Shown: positions 18,735 through 28,451 of the stretch, piece after piece | Position numbering within the stretch: position 1 is the first letter of the stretch | How the letters are laid out: each line of letters opens with the position of its first letter | Source: an uncultured Faecalitalea sp. | GTDB lineage: Bacteria > Bacillota_I > Bacilli_A > Erysipelotrichales > Erysipelotrichaceae | Direction of reading: 5' to 3' | DNA: 64,000 bases | NCBI GenBank assembly: GCA_946408025.1 | Contig: CAMJQJ010000001.1 | Span: 2,109 to 66,108 of the forward strand | Notes under the pieces: generated by a model | Told to the model about the DNA's origin: nothing | Seen by the model: the letters and a program-made list of their open reading frames with translations, nothing else | Database searches by the model: none | Made by a program: the position numbers and the translations under genes

Positions 18735-19952
18735 TCATTGTTCTTTATAGATTATTTTATCCAAAACTTTTGCCATTCTTGTGATCATTGGTACTACCAA
18801 TGCATTCCCCATGCAAAAGAATCTCATCCTATTAGGCATTCCACTATTAGTCCAATCGTCATCGAAACCTTGCAAACGTTCTGCTTCGATTGGAGTCAAT
18901 GTTCTCAATCTTCCTGTTCCAGGATCTGAAACGACATGTGTGCTTCTATTCAAAGTAGATTCGCTAGTAAGCATGGTTCTACCTGGTTTATCCCATGAAT
19001 CCGGAAAAGCAATAGGACCCTCTGAAAAGACATACTCATGCCCTGTCTTAGATACACGATTTATTTTTTTCGCACCTTTCAAATAAGTCCATTTGCTCAT
19101 TTTTTCGTTTGTTATATAAAAACTTTCGTCAACATTAGACTGTAAGATATCTCCCAATAGTATAGGTGTCTCCATTACTGGAACGACATTATTTGTATAT
19201 ATTTTTCCGTTTCTCATCAATCCAGCTGATTTAAAATCAAATGAAAATTTATCTGTCATTTCTAATAGATCATTCATCAAAGTTCCTTCAAAACAATTCT
19301 CCACTTGTTCAATCGGAAATGATTTTGCCATGAATCCATCTGAATTAATCAGTGATAATTCGTCCATTTCTTTTACTGAATCAGCATAGACCGTATCATT
19401 TCTATATGCAAAGATAAATACTCTTCTTCTGCGTTGTGCCGCACCATATTCAGCAGCATTTATCACTCTCCACTCAGCAGAATATCCTAAGGCATTCAAA
19501 CAACTTAAGATGATACCAAAATCTCTCCCACGTTGCTTTGCCGGAGATTTTAATAATCTATCAACATTTTCAAAAATACAAAATGCTGGTCTCTTTGCTT
19601 CGATGGTATCTCTAATTTGCCACCATAGAACTCCTTTTTTTCCTTCGATACCTTTTGAACTAGATAACGATTGAGCTACTGAATAATCTTGGCAAGGAAA
19701 TCCTCCAACCAAAAGGGTATGATCTGGAATAGCATTTTTATCTACAGTAGAAATATCTTCACAAGTATGAAATTCCCCATTTATATCTGGTGAGTCTCCA
19801 AAATGTTGCACATAGCACTGATTTGCCCATTGTGTTCTCGCCCCTGGTTCCCATTGTGAAAACCATGTAGTTTTCCATCCAGAATCGGCTCTTTCAAAAC
19901 CTAATCTAAATCCTCCTACACCGGCAAATAATTCACATATTGTTTTGTTCAT
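18735..19952 (-). CDS. dcm: DNA (cytosine-5)-methyltransferase, M.Sau3AI-like
   Basis: ELFAGVGG, GGFPCQDYS, ENVDRLLKSP, QRRRRVF, MGNALV. Confidence 0.92.
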   Translation of the reverse strand: MNKTICELFAGVGGFRLGFERADSGWKTTWFSQWEPGARTQWANQCYVQHFGDSPDINGEFHTCEDISTVDKNAIPDHTLLVGGFPCQDYSVAQSLSSSKGIEGKKGVLWWQIRDTIEAKRPAFCIFENVDRLLKSPAKQRGRDFGIILSCLNALGYSAEWRVINAAEYGAAQRRRRVFIFAYRNDTVYADSVKEMDELSLINSDGFMAKSFPIEQVENCFEGTLMNDLLEMTDKFSFDFKSAGLMRNGKIYTNNVVPVMETPILLGDILQSNVDESFYITNEKMSKWTYLKGAKKINRVSKTGHEYVFSEGPIAFPDSWDKPGRTMLTSESTLNRSTHVVSDPGTGRLRTLTPIEAERLQGFDDDWTNSGMPNRMRFFCMGNALVVPMITRMAKVLDKIIYKEQ

Positions 19953-20070
19953 AAAGTCCTCCTAGTTTACACTTCTCACTTATTTTTTGGAATCTAAGCT
20001 TTGCCTTGAACACTATCAAACGATAGATCATGATTCCATACCGAACTGAGCCTCAGCTCAAAAAAGAAAA

Positions 20071-20274
20071 TCAATCAATAACTTCTATGATTTCATCAAA
20101 ACTATTACAACCTAAAAACTTATAAATCTTTAATAAATTTTCCATCGAAATAGTCTCATTTTTTGACAACTTTGCTAAAGTCCCAGGAGAAATTCCAGCT
20201 TCTTTTGCAAATTCCGTCTTTTTCAAACCTTTATCAATTAATTTTTTGAATAAATTATTATAACTGACTTGCAT
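20071..20274 (-). CDS. Cro/C1-type HTH regulator upstream of the R-M operon
   Basis: VSYNNLFKKLIDKGLKKTEFAKEAGISPGTLAKL. Confidence 0.8.
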   Translation of the reverse strand: MQVSYNNLFKKLIDKGLKKTEFAKEAGISPGTLAKLSKNETISMENLLKIYKFLGCNSFDEIIEVID

Positions 20275-20452
20275 ATTGATTTTCCTTTCAACAATAAAAT
20301 TATATCAATTATCATCATATAATTGAATAGTTTTTTCATATAATTGGATTTTTTATTTGTTAAATTGAAAAAGCCTCTTGACTAGAGGCCTGATTATCAT
20401 TTATTCATTAATGTTGATACCGTTCGAGTTCAGCTCCATATGTTATTTCATT

Positions 20453-20758
20453 TTACACCATACAACGAAGTTTTTTATTGATTTCACTAAATAACATAGA
20501 TTTTTGTTTCTTATTTAGCTTTGAATAAGTTTCAACAATTTCCTTATCATGAATCAATATCGCTTGTGCCTGTGCAATAAATAAATCTAATGACATCTTG
20601 GCTACATTAGTGATATCTTCTTCCAACAGACCTTCTTTGATTAGATAATTTAAATAATCTTTCTTATTATTTTCTAATATGAACTTTCTTTTTTCGATAA
20701 AGAAATCAATAAGATCATCCTTTAGATATTTTTCTTTAAATTCTTCATATAAAGTCAT
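20453..20758 (-). CDS. Hypothetical protein
   Basis: ORF with AGGAGAG RBS before MTLYEEF. Confidence 0.55.
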   Translation of the reverse strand: MTLYEEFKEKYLKDDLIDFFIEKRKFILENNKKDYLNYLIKEGLLEEDITNVAKMSLDLFIAQAQAILIHDKEIVETYSKLNKKQKSMLFSEINKKLRCMV

Positions 20759-20810
20759 AATTATCTCTCCTTTTATCTTCTTATAAAAATCTTGCTGATA
20801 TTGTTTTGAT

Positions 20811-21161
20811 TTACATAGCCATGATTTCATTGATCAACATTTCTTCTACCATGACTCTTATGCTGTTCATCTCTTGAACCCATTTCATTTGGTCTTGTTC
20901 TTTTAATTCTTCAGTTATATTTCTTGACTCTTTGTATTGTTCAACGAGTATTTCGTATTGTTTGTTTAGCTCTTTATCCACACGAATCAACTCTTCATTG
21001 AGTTCATCTTTTGCTCGTAAGGCTAAGTAATGACCTGGATGTTTTTCTTTTAATACCCTTAGATATTCTCTTCCAAATCTTGATAAATTTGGTAATAGTC
21101 TTTCTTGTTTTAATGATGGAAATTCATAATCTCCTACTCTGTTATATTTGATTTCTTTCAT
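20811..21161 (-). CDS. tnpV: TnpV family protein
   Basis: Y..VGDY..P, GR..LKE..P..Y, ITEELKEQDQMKWVQEMNSIR. Confidence 0.85.
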   Translation of the reverse strand: MKEIKYNRVGDYEFPSLKQERLLPNLSRFGREYLRVLKEKHPGHYLALRAKDELNEELIRVDKELNKQYEILVEQYKESRNITEELKEQDQMKWVQEMNSIRVMVEEMLINEIMAM

Positions 21162-21173
21162 GCTTTTTCCCTC

Positions 21174-22403
21174 CTATCTTGCATCTCTTTGTTTGATTTT
21201 CTTTTGAGCTATTCTTTCAATGTCTTTATCAAAGCTTCGATTTCTGATATTTTCACATGCCTTGATTTGAAGTCTTAGCTTCTTTATTTCTGGTGTAAAT
21301 AACTTTGCTCTTGCTGACCATTCTTCTTTTTCATCCATCGTTCTTGCTCGTTGTCGATGATAATAACAACCTTGTCTTTGCTTTAATAAGTCATTGAGTT
21401 CATCTTGTTTTTGTTGTTGATAATTATTTAATTGATTAATATCTTCTATCTTGTTCTTGGCAAGAAGTTCAATTTCTCTAGAATATTGATCCATTTTCTT
21501 GAGTGCTTGTCTTGCTTCTTTAGATATATGTTGCTTTCTTGTAGGTAAGATATTGATCGAAATAAGATAAGCAACATGGATTCCTGCTAGCTTAGGTAAC
21601 TGTTTTCTTTTATAAAGTTGATAATATTCCTTACAACGATAATAACTTTGTGTATGTTCAACGTTTTGAGGAAGGATCCATTTATCGGTCAATCTTTCTT
21701 CAATTTCATCAAAATGATACTTTTCTCCTAATGACTTTAGATAGATTGGTTCATTACAATATGGATGATAAATGACATCTTCTTCATCGATTCTATCGAA
21801 CTCATATCCTTTCTTTTTCATATTATCCTTTAAATTCCTAATACAATTACTTTCCTTTACAAGAGCATCGATATCTTTTTTAATGTCATTCATATAGGTT
21901 TTCATGATATGATAATTCAACTTTTTTGAATCATAAGATGGATCTTCAACGATGGATAATCCATATTCTTTACATAGTTCATCGGATGTATTTCTCATGT
22001 TCCAGTAATCTTTTTTGGTATTACAGAACCGTTTTCCATCAACGAATGAAGTTGAATTTAACAAGATATGATTATGGATATGATCTTTATCTAGGTGTGT
22101 TGTAACGACGACTTCGAAGCGATTCCCAAACACTTTTTGTGCTAACTTCACTCCAATTTCATGCGCAACATTTGCATCGACCTCATCTATTTTAAATGAC
22201 TGATAACCATGAAACGCTACGATCCTTTTATGATCATGGAACAATTTCTTGGTCATCTGCATCGATTTTAATGGATCAAATGCATCACAATTAAGACAAG
22301 TTACATACTGTTTTTGTTTGATTTTATTATCTTGGCTGATGTAATCCAAGACCGTTTGCATCGTCTTTTTTTCATCTTCGACATACTTGATGACATTATC
22401 CAA
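21174..22403 (-). CDS. MOBP-type relaxase/mobilization nuclease (canonical start codon apparently lost)
   Basis: HGYQSF, AHEIG, VTTHLDKDHIHNHI HUH motif; upstream in-frame AVTSIWAIRDR lacks ATG. Confidence 0.85.
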   Translation of the reverse strand: MDNVIKYVEDEKKTMQTVLDYISQDNKIKQKQYVTCLNCDAFDPLKSMQMTKKLFHDHKRIVAFHGYQSFKIDEVDANVAHEIGVKLAQKVFGNRFEVVVTTHLDKDHIHNHILLNSTSFVDGKRFCNTKKDYWNMRNTSDELCKEYGLSIVEDPSYDSKKLNYHIMKTYMNDIKKDIDALVKESNCIRNLKDNMKKKGYEFDRIDEEDVIYHPYCNEPIYLKSLGEKYHFDEIEERLTDKWILPQNVEHTQSYYRCKEYYQLYKRKQLPKLAGIHVAYLISINILPTRKQHISKEARQALKKMDQYSREIELLAKNKIEDINQLNNYQQQKQDELNDLLKQRQGCYYHRQRARTMDEKEEWSARAKLFTPEIKKLRLQIKACENIRNRSFDKDIERIAQKKIKQRDAR

Positions 22404-22441
22404 ACGATCTCGAATAGCCCAAATTGATGTTACTGCTTTGA

Positions 22442-22753
22442 TCAGCCCCTTACTTTTTCATCAAGATTTTTGATTATTTGTCGTAATTCTTTGATGGTTT
22501 CCATGATGTTTTTTAGTGATATATCTTGTCTATTGTTCAATGCTCTAGCTATCTGATTTAGGTTATTACCAATATGATTGAACTCATTTTTTAACTTATA
22601 ATATTCTAGATCAGGCGGTACTTTTATCTCTTTTCCTAATATACAAGCCCTAGAAAATGATTCTCTGCTTAAGCTTGTTCTTTCTAATTTGCTATTTAAG
22701 ATTTTAAATTCATCGTCATTGAATCGTATCTTAATTTCATGATTTCTTTTCAT
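22442..22753 (-). CDS. mobC: Relaxosome protein MobC
   Basis: RHH N-terminus, IGNNLNQIARALN motif, directly upstream of relaxase. Confidence 0.88.
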   Translation of the reverse strand: MKRNHEIKIRFNDDEFKILNSKLERTSLSRESFSRACILGKEIKVPPDLEYYKLKNEFNHIGNNLNQIARALNNRQDISLKNIMETIKELRQIIKNLDEKVRG

Positions 22754-22794
22754 ATGAACCTCCAATCTAGCTGGTCGTACCAGCTTTTGATTTT

Positions 22795-22823
22795 GTATTT
22801 TGGGGACAAAATACGTTGCTTGC
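22795..22823. other. Candidate oriT
   Basis: IR GTATTTT-GGGGAC-AAAATAC followed by GCTTGC (pC221-type nic sequence, recalled), just upstream of mobC. Confidence 0.4.
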
Positions 22824-22859
22824 TAATACATAAAATCTTAAATTTTACTTATTTAAGGA

Positions 22860-22910
22860 GTGACGATGTGACAGTTTAAAGGTATTCCCTCCAATCTGTC
22901 ACACTGTCAC
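22860..22910. repeat. Inverted/iterated GTGAC repeats at the end of the primase-AAA gene (candidate replication origin)
   Basis: GTGACGATGTGACAG..CTGTCACACTGTCAC. Confidence 0.5.
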
Positions 22911-24613
22911 TAAATTTCTTCATTTCCGTGATAACTAAGACATATTCTTCGGGCTTTATTTGTCCTTTTTAGTCTCTTATAAGAGATAAACGTAGTTTTT
23001 AACAACTCCTCATTCTTTGCTAATAACACTTGCAATTGCTTTCCAGTTAAGGCTAAAGAAAGTAACGAAGATAACTCTTCATGCGAACCTACGAACTCTT
23101 TCTTTCGAACAATGTAATTCACAACCTTAATTAAATTTTCATCGTGATTATTATCTACATCTTCATCAGTAATTTCTAAAACCATATTTTCATTTTGACG
23201 AAGCGTGATCTCATCGTCCGGAATATCTTTTCCTTGTATTGCCAATTGTCGTGTATCTGACAAATGATTCTTCTTATACATGACTAGTATTGAATCAGAT
23301 CCAGCAGTTAGTCCTCTACTTCCATAAATTGAATCAAAGGGATGATTAGTATCAATTTCTTTTTTTACATGAGTAATCAAAACAATCGCTATATGATATT
23401 TATATGCCAATTCATGATAGCCTGTCGTTTCATCATATTCATTGTCATAATCACGTTCCTTATTTCTTCTGATCTTTTGAAAAGTATCTACTACAACTAT
23501 CTTCAAATCTGAATTCGCCTGCAATCCTTTTTCTATCCTTGCCTCAAGATCATAAAGTGGATCTGGTTTCAAAATATCGATTATGAAATTATCTTTAGGC
23601 TGTATCTGCATATGCTTTAATCTCTTTCGAATGTTTACTTTCTTATCTTCAAAAGCTAGGTAAAGTGCAGTACCCTTTTGAACTTTCTTTCCAAGAAAAT
23701 CTTTTCCTTCAGAAATTGCGTCACATAATTGTAGTCCAAAAAATGTCTTTCCCGTTTTTTGTGGTGCCCCAATCAATGTAAGACCAATCGATATCATATC
23801 TTCAACAATGTCTTCTTCATCTACATCTTTCGATTCATATAACTGCTTTAGGGTATAAGAACCTTCATACTCTCTTTCATTACGAAGTTCGAACTTTCCT
23901 TTTTTATATCGGAAGCTACTTTGAATGATCTTTTCCACTTCTGCAGCATTTAATATTGGATCACATCTCATTTCATTTTCTTTTATAATACATTCATGAA
24001 TCGCTTCATCGCTTAATCCTTTTTGTTGAAGAAAACATGCTATCCTAAATAAATAATCATTTCGCTGTCCTTGCTGAATGGATTCTATTTTATCTGATCT
24101 TTTTATCGGCTTCTGTCTATTACCATTTAGAAATTCATATACTTTGTCATTGGCAAATGCAATATCAACATTCTTATTCACATCTTGATAAAATTTTCCA
24201 TTGATTTTGCTTCCAGCTCCAAGAACATATCCACCTTCTCCACGGATATCGATTCCTGGATATAATCCAACTCTAGATCTTATCGGTCTGTTTACTTTAT
24301 AGTAAATATGGAATCCGTTATTCGGTGTTCTAACGATTCTTGTCTGAGGAAATTGTCTCATATACTTCTTTATCGTTTTGTTTCCTAACTCTTGATTTTT
24401 GTTATCAACATCGATCACGACCAACTTATGACCTGTAACAACTCCTAAGTTATAATCTGAGTGATCAAACCATTGATGAATCAAATCAGGGGTTGTTGAA
24501 GCATCTTGTTTCCAAGATGCCACAACTTGCCCATTTTTAGAGTTACATTTTAGTGGAAATACTTTATAATTAGATTGAGCATATTTTAAAGCGGAACTCA
24601 AACATGGATTCAT
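22910..24613 (-). CDS. Bifunctional primase-polymerase + PriCT + AAA_25 helicase replication protein
   Basis: VFPL, NLGVVTG..VIDVD, TPNNGFHIY, DIRGEGGYV, GQRND, GAPQKTGKT, VVVDT. Confidence 0.88.
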   Translation of the reverse strand: MNPCLSSALKYAQSNYKVFPLKCNSKNGQVVASWKQDASTTPDLIHQWFDHSDYNLGVVTGHKLVVIDVDNKNQELGNKTIKKYMRQFPQTRIVRTPNNGFHIYYKVNRPIRSRVGLYPGIDIRGEGGYVLGAGSKINGKFYQDVNKNVDIAFANDKVYEFLNGNRQKPIKRSDKIESIQQGQRNDYLFRIACFLQQKGLSDEAIHECIIKENEMRCDPILNAAEVEKIIQSSFRYKKGKFELRNEREYEGSYTLKQLYESKDVDEEDIVEDMISIGLTLIGAPQKTGKTFFGLQLCDAISEGKDFLGKKVQKGTALYLAFEDKKVNIRKRLKHMQIQPKDNFIIDILKPDPLYDLEARIEKGLQANSDLKIVVVDTFQKIRRNKERDYDNEYDETTGYHELAYKYHIAIVLITHVKKEIDTNHPFDSIYGSRGLTAGSDSILVMYKKNHLSDTRQLAIQGKDIPDDEITLRQNENMVLEITDEDVDNNHDENLIKVVNYIVRKKEFVGSHEELSSLLSLALTGKQLQVLLAKNEELLKTTFISYKRLKRTNKARRICLSYHGNEEI

Positions 24614-24966
24614 TGGCGTGGCTCCATTTCCACTTTAATCTGTGCTTCTTTTTTTATAGCTATAATGATTTGAAGCATATATTCCAAAACCTCTAGTTCA
24701 TCATTTTCCAATTTAGAGATATCATCAATTTCACTGAATCGTTTAATAAAGACATCTAGTTGTTGTTTTAACGCTTTCCACACTCTTGTGTTTTTTCCAT
24801 CAATAACATAATCCCTTTGTTCGATACAATGAATTAGATAATCTTGTTTGGTCAATCCACTCAATGCGACTTTTGTCTCAAGCGTTTTGTTTTCTTCTTC
24901 AGACACTCGAAATGCGATGGTTTTGCTTCTAAAACGATTATATTTATCTCTGTTCTTTCTACTCAT
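24610..24966 (-). CDS. Ribbon-helix-helix mobilization-type protein
   Basis: TIAFRVSEEE..VALSGLTKQDY; homolog of 38242..38565. Confidence 0.7.
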   Translation of the reverse strand: MSRKNRDKYNRFRSKTIAFRVSEEENKTLETKVALSGLTKQDYLIHCIEQRDYVIDGKNTRVWKALKQQLDVFIKRFSEIDDISKLENDELEVLEYMLQIIIAIKKEAQIKVEMEPRQ

Positions 24967-26050
24967 CGTCCATATCCTCCCATTCATCATTTAAAGAATT
25001 CGCAATCTCAACTCCTTTCGATGGAAATAAATGTGCATATTTGTATGTGATACGAATGGATTCATGACCTACTCTTTCAGCGATTGCTAATGCACTAAAA
25101 CCTTTCTCAATCAACAACGAAACATGACTATGACGAAGATCATGAATTCGAATACGCTTCACACCTGCTGCTTTGCTTCCTCTATTTAGCTCATGATGAA
25201 GATATGATTTAGTAATTGGAAATACTCGGTCATCATCCTTTAATCCATATAAACTTTTAAAATAGGTATACATTTCATCAGCTAGAAATTCAGGAATATC
25301 AATAGTTCTATAACTATTTACTGTTTTTGGTGGTGTTACAATGTCCTTTCCATGAATTCTTTGAAGTGATTTATTGATACGTAATTTTTTCTTTTTTAAA
25401 TCAAAATCACTTCTCGTCAATGCTAATAATTCACCTAGACGAATACCACACCAATACAACACTTCGAAAGCACAGAAACTCACCGGCTTATCCATCATTT
25501 CTACAATGAAACGTTTGTATTCATCTGTGGTCCAAAATAACATTTCTTTCTTTTCTGGTTTTCCCATTGTTCCGACAACTTTAGCTGGATTTTGTCGTAA
25601 ACCATAGTAACGAATCGCATGATTGAACACTGCACTTAGTTGAGCATGAATCGTTTTTAAAGTTGCATTCGAATAATTGTGTCCATCATCCAACTCTTTA
25701 AAAATAATCTCATTTTGCCATTTCATGACGATTGCTGGAGTGATTTCAACCAATTTATAACTAGCGAAGTAAGGACGGATATTTTTCTCAATGATATTTT
25801 TCTTTGTTAAAAAAGTGTTTAGTTTTAAATGTGCTTCACGATCACTATAATAAATTTCAATATAATCATTAAATACCATATCTTGATTTCCATCTAATCT
25901 AGCCATAAAACTATTCATGAATTGTTTTGCTTCTCGTACTGTTTTAAATCCTCTTTTAAACAATCTTTTATTCTCTCCTTTCCAATCTTTGTATCTTCTT
26001 GATACATAATACGTTTTTGTCTTCTCATCGTAGTAAATTCCCGGTTGCAT
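24959..26050 (-). CDS. Tyrosine integrase
   Basis: KRGFKTVREA arm-binding domain, GIRLGELLAL, HDLRHSH, RVGHE, Y.H; start placed at MQPGIY after GGAGG. Confidence 0.93.
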   Translation of the reverse strand: MQPGIYYDEKTKTYYVSRRYKDWKGENKRLFKRGFKTVREAKQFMNSFMARLDGNQDMVFNDYIEIYYSDREAHLKLNTFLTKKNIIEKNIRPYFASYKLVEITPAIVMKWQNEIIFKELDDGHNYSNATLKTIHAQLSAVFNHAIRYYGLRQNPAKVVGTMGKPEKKEMLFWTTDEYKRFIVEMMDKPVSFCAFEVLYWCGIRLGELLALTRSDFDLKKKKLRINKSLQRIHGKDIVTPPKTVNSYRTIDIPEFLADEMYTYFKSLYGLKDDDRVFPITKSYLHHELNRGSKAAGVKRIRIHDLRHSHVSLLIEKGFSALAIAERVGHESIRITYKYAHLFPSKGVEIANSLNDEWEDMDDE

Positions 26051-26234
26051 CTTTTGTTTCACCTCCATAGATTTTGTTAAAGAAGAAAGATCGATTGATC
26101 TTACCGTGGAGAACTACATATCCTCCTTTGGCCATTTCCTGATTCATTTCTTGAATCAACTTATAAGCATAAGCTTTTGACATTCCCAATGTATCGGCCA
26201 CTTCTTGGGCTGTCATGAACAATTTGTTTGACAT
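26025..26234 (-). CDS. Excisionase-like HTH protein
   Basis: FMTAQEVADTLGMSKAYAYKLI; directly upstream of integrase. Confidence 0.8.
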   Translation of the reverse strand: MSNKLFMTAQEVADTLGMSKAYAYKLIQEMNQEMAKGGYVVLHGKINRSFFFNKIYGGETKDATGNLLR

Positions 26235-26393
26235 CTTAATCTCTCCTTTCTCAAAGTTGTTAAACTTTTTTGTTCACGTATATTATATTAAACATATTTG
26301 TTAACGTCAATAGTTTTGTTAACATTTTTGTTCTCTTTAGATATTATACATGATATAATTAACATGACCCTTTATATGAATCGAGGTGAAACC

Positions 26394-26822
26394 ATGGATA
26401 TAGGGCAAAGAATTCGTTTCGTTCGTTTGTTTAGAGGTATGAAACAAGAAGAACTAGCCGAAAAAATCGGTTTAGGCGGAGGAGAAAACGGAAGAACGCG
26501 AATTTCTCAATACGAAAATGGAAAAAGAACTCCAAAAGAAGATTTATTAGAAAAAATCAGTGATGCTCTTCAAATTGATTCTTTATATCTAAGCAGTAAA
26601 GAAAAGACTGACGCTTTAGATTTGGTTTTTACATTATTTGACTGGGATGAAGGTGGTCTCCCTGTCGAAATCATTGAACACGATGGTAAACTTCTACTCG
26701 ATTTAAACAATCCACTATTTTCAGATTTCTTATTACAATGGGCAAATAAAAAAGCTGATCTTAAATCTAAAAAAATCAGCAATGATGATTACATAGAGTG
26801 GAAGATTAATTACAAAGGATAA
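26394..26822 (+). CDS. Xre-family HTH repressor
   Basis: IGQRIRFVRLFRGMKQEELA..ISQYENGKRTPK; divergent from xis. Confidence 0.88.
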   Translation: MDIGQRIRFVRLFRGMKQEELAEKIGLGGGENGRTRISQYENGKRTPKEDLLEKISDALQIDSLYLSSKEKTDALDLVFTLFDWDEGGLPVEIIEHDGKLLLDLNNPLFSDFLLQWANKKADLKSKKISNDDYIEWKINYKG

Positions 26823-26884
26823 ATATATTAGCCCATCATTACATGAATATCATCTAAAAAGTTTTACCAACATGGAGAGAATAT

Positions 26885-28072
26885 ATGGAATTAGAATTTA
26901 AAATAGTCGATAATGAATTAATGTGTGTCTATACTCCTCAATCAGGTTTTGATTATATTTTAGATAAAATATATAACAAAGGCTATAAGGTTAAAAATAC
27001 ATTTTTTTTACAAGAAAAAGATTTAATCAATATTAAAGAAGGATCACTACATTTTATTATTGGAAAAAAAGAAGAAAAATACATAAAGCTTAACAATGAC
27101 ATTTTGAAAGTTAAAAATAATTTTTATTTTCTTAGTACAATTGATTTTAAAGAAAAATTATTTGTTGCACCATATAGAATTAGTATTATCAAAAAATTAG
27201 ACAAACTTATTACTTTTGATTTTTATGTAGGTAATGAAGATGAACATAATTTCGAAATATCCTTTGATTTATATTTAGAATTGTTGCGACAATTCCCCAC
27301 CTCTACCGAGTTAGAGCATTATTCAAAAAATAGAATTTCCTCTATTTTAAAAGAAGCCTTACCACAAATCGATAAATATGAATATATATACAAAAAATAT
27401 TTATCTAGAAAAAAACAAGTATCTTTTATTAAAAATGAAGAGGAGGAATATTCTAAAAATATTGAAATAGAGTTAGAACAATTCACAACTGCTTTAGATG
27501 AATTAAAAGAATTATTAAATGACAAAGAACATACCGAAGTATATTGGCAAAAGAAGATTTGCTCAATTTTACAACTCATTTATCCAAAATATATCCTTTG
27601 TAAAAGGGAAATGCAATTTAGAGGTATTGATAATTATGATAAAAAACCCGATTTTGTCTTAGTTGATGCCAATGGTTATATTGATATTTTAGAAATCAAA
27701 AAACCAGATACTCAAATTTTGACAAAACAATCTTCTTACCGCAACAATTATGTACCAGTCAAGAATTTATCTGGCTCAATTCAACAAATAGAAAAATATT
27801 TGGTATGTTTAAATAAACTAGACCCTGATAAGAATGAATTTTTTTCTATATTGCAAAATTCATTACCACCAAATATCAAACCTATAGCTCTAAATCCGCA
27901 AGGAATTCTGCTATTGGGTAGAAGTAATCAGTTTAATGATCAACAAAGACATGATTTTGAACTAATAAAACGTCAATACAAACATATTACTGACATCATG
28001 ACATATGATGATCTAGTGATTCGTCTTGAGAATATTATTTATTCATTAAAATTACGTTTAAAAAAAGATTAA
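26885..28072 (+). CDS. sduA: Shedu anti-phage nuclease SduA (DUF4263)
   Basis: E..WQ, PDF.L, ILEIKKP, YRNN, LSGSIQQIEKY, LLGRS, IMTYDDL. Confidence 0.85.
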   Translation: MELEFKIVDNELMCVYTPQSGFDYILDKIYNKGYKVKNTFFLQEKDLINIKEGSLHFIIGKKEEKYIKLNNDILKVKNNFYFLSTIDFKEKLFVAPYRISIIKKLDKLITFDFYVGNEDEHNFEISFDLYLELLRQFPTSTELEHYSKNRISSILKEALPQIDKYEYIYKKYLSRKKQVSFIKNEEEEYSKNIEIELEQFTTALDELKELLNDKEHTEVYWQKKICSILQLIYPKYILCKREMQFRGIDNYDKKPDFVLVDANGYIDILEIKKPDTQILTKQSSYRNNYVPVKNLSGSIQQIEKYLVCLNKLDPDKNEFFSILQNSLPPNIKPIALNPQGILLLGRSNQFNDQQRHDFELIKRQYKHITDIMTYDDLVIRLENIIYSLKLRLKKD

Positions 28073-28157
28073 ATTGCGTCAATTGGTAGCATTTTGATAG
28101 TAATCCTCGCCTAAACATCAAAAAAGCCTTTATTTAAAGGCTTTTTTCATTGGATTA

Positions 28158-28169
28158 CTAATAAAATTC
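28158..28169 (-). repeat. Degenerate att core
   Basis: Minus strand GAATTTTATTAG (E-F-Y-stop) in the same hairpin/arm context as 33189. Confidence 0.65.
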
Positions 28170-28451
28170 GACTCTATAAGTCATTTTCTCTTATGTTATA
28201 TTACATTTTATTATTAATCTTATCTAATATGTACTAATTACATCATTTTTTAATATTATAAATTGTATTATATGCTCAATATGACCTCAAATTAAGTACA
28301 TCTTCCAAATTATTTTCAATTCGTTTTGGAACTCTCATTATTTATGTTATATGAATTATATTAGCTTTTGTTACAAATTATTTTTTAAAGATCAATTTGT
28401 AATTATGTTTAAATCGTTAATTTCTACAGTTTAGCTTTGCACACAACATAA

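Larger units (their letters stand above)
10853..28157. mobile_element. Low-GC integrative mobilizable element (tyrosine integrase, Xis, repressor, primase-AAA, MobC/relaxase, TnpV) with anti-phage cargo
   Basis: Bounded by guaA-end cores; TGGTAGCA-type arm repeats at 10954/10965 and 28084/28095; backbone genes 20.8-26.8 kb. Confidence 0.8.

Noticed and set aside
20038..20440. Partial direct repeat ATACCG..TCAGCTC flanking the small HTH gene as a cassette recombination site
   Set aside because: Short, unequal spacing and no cognate recombinase; could be chance
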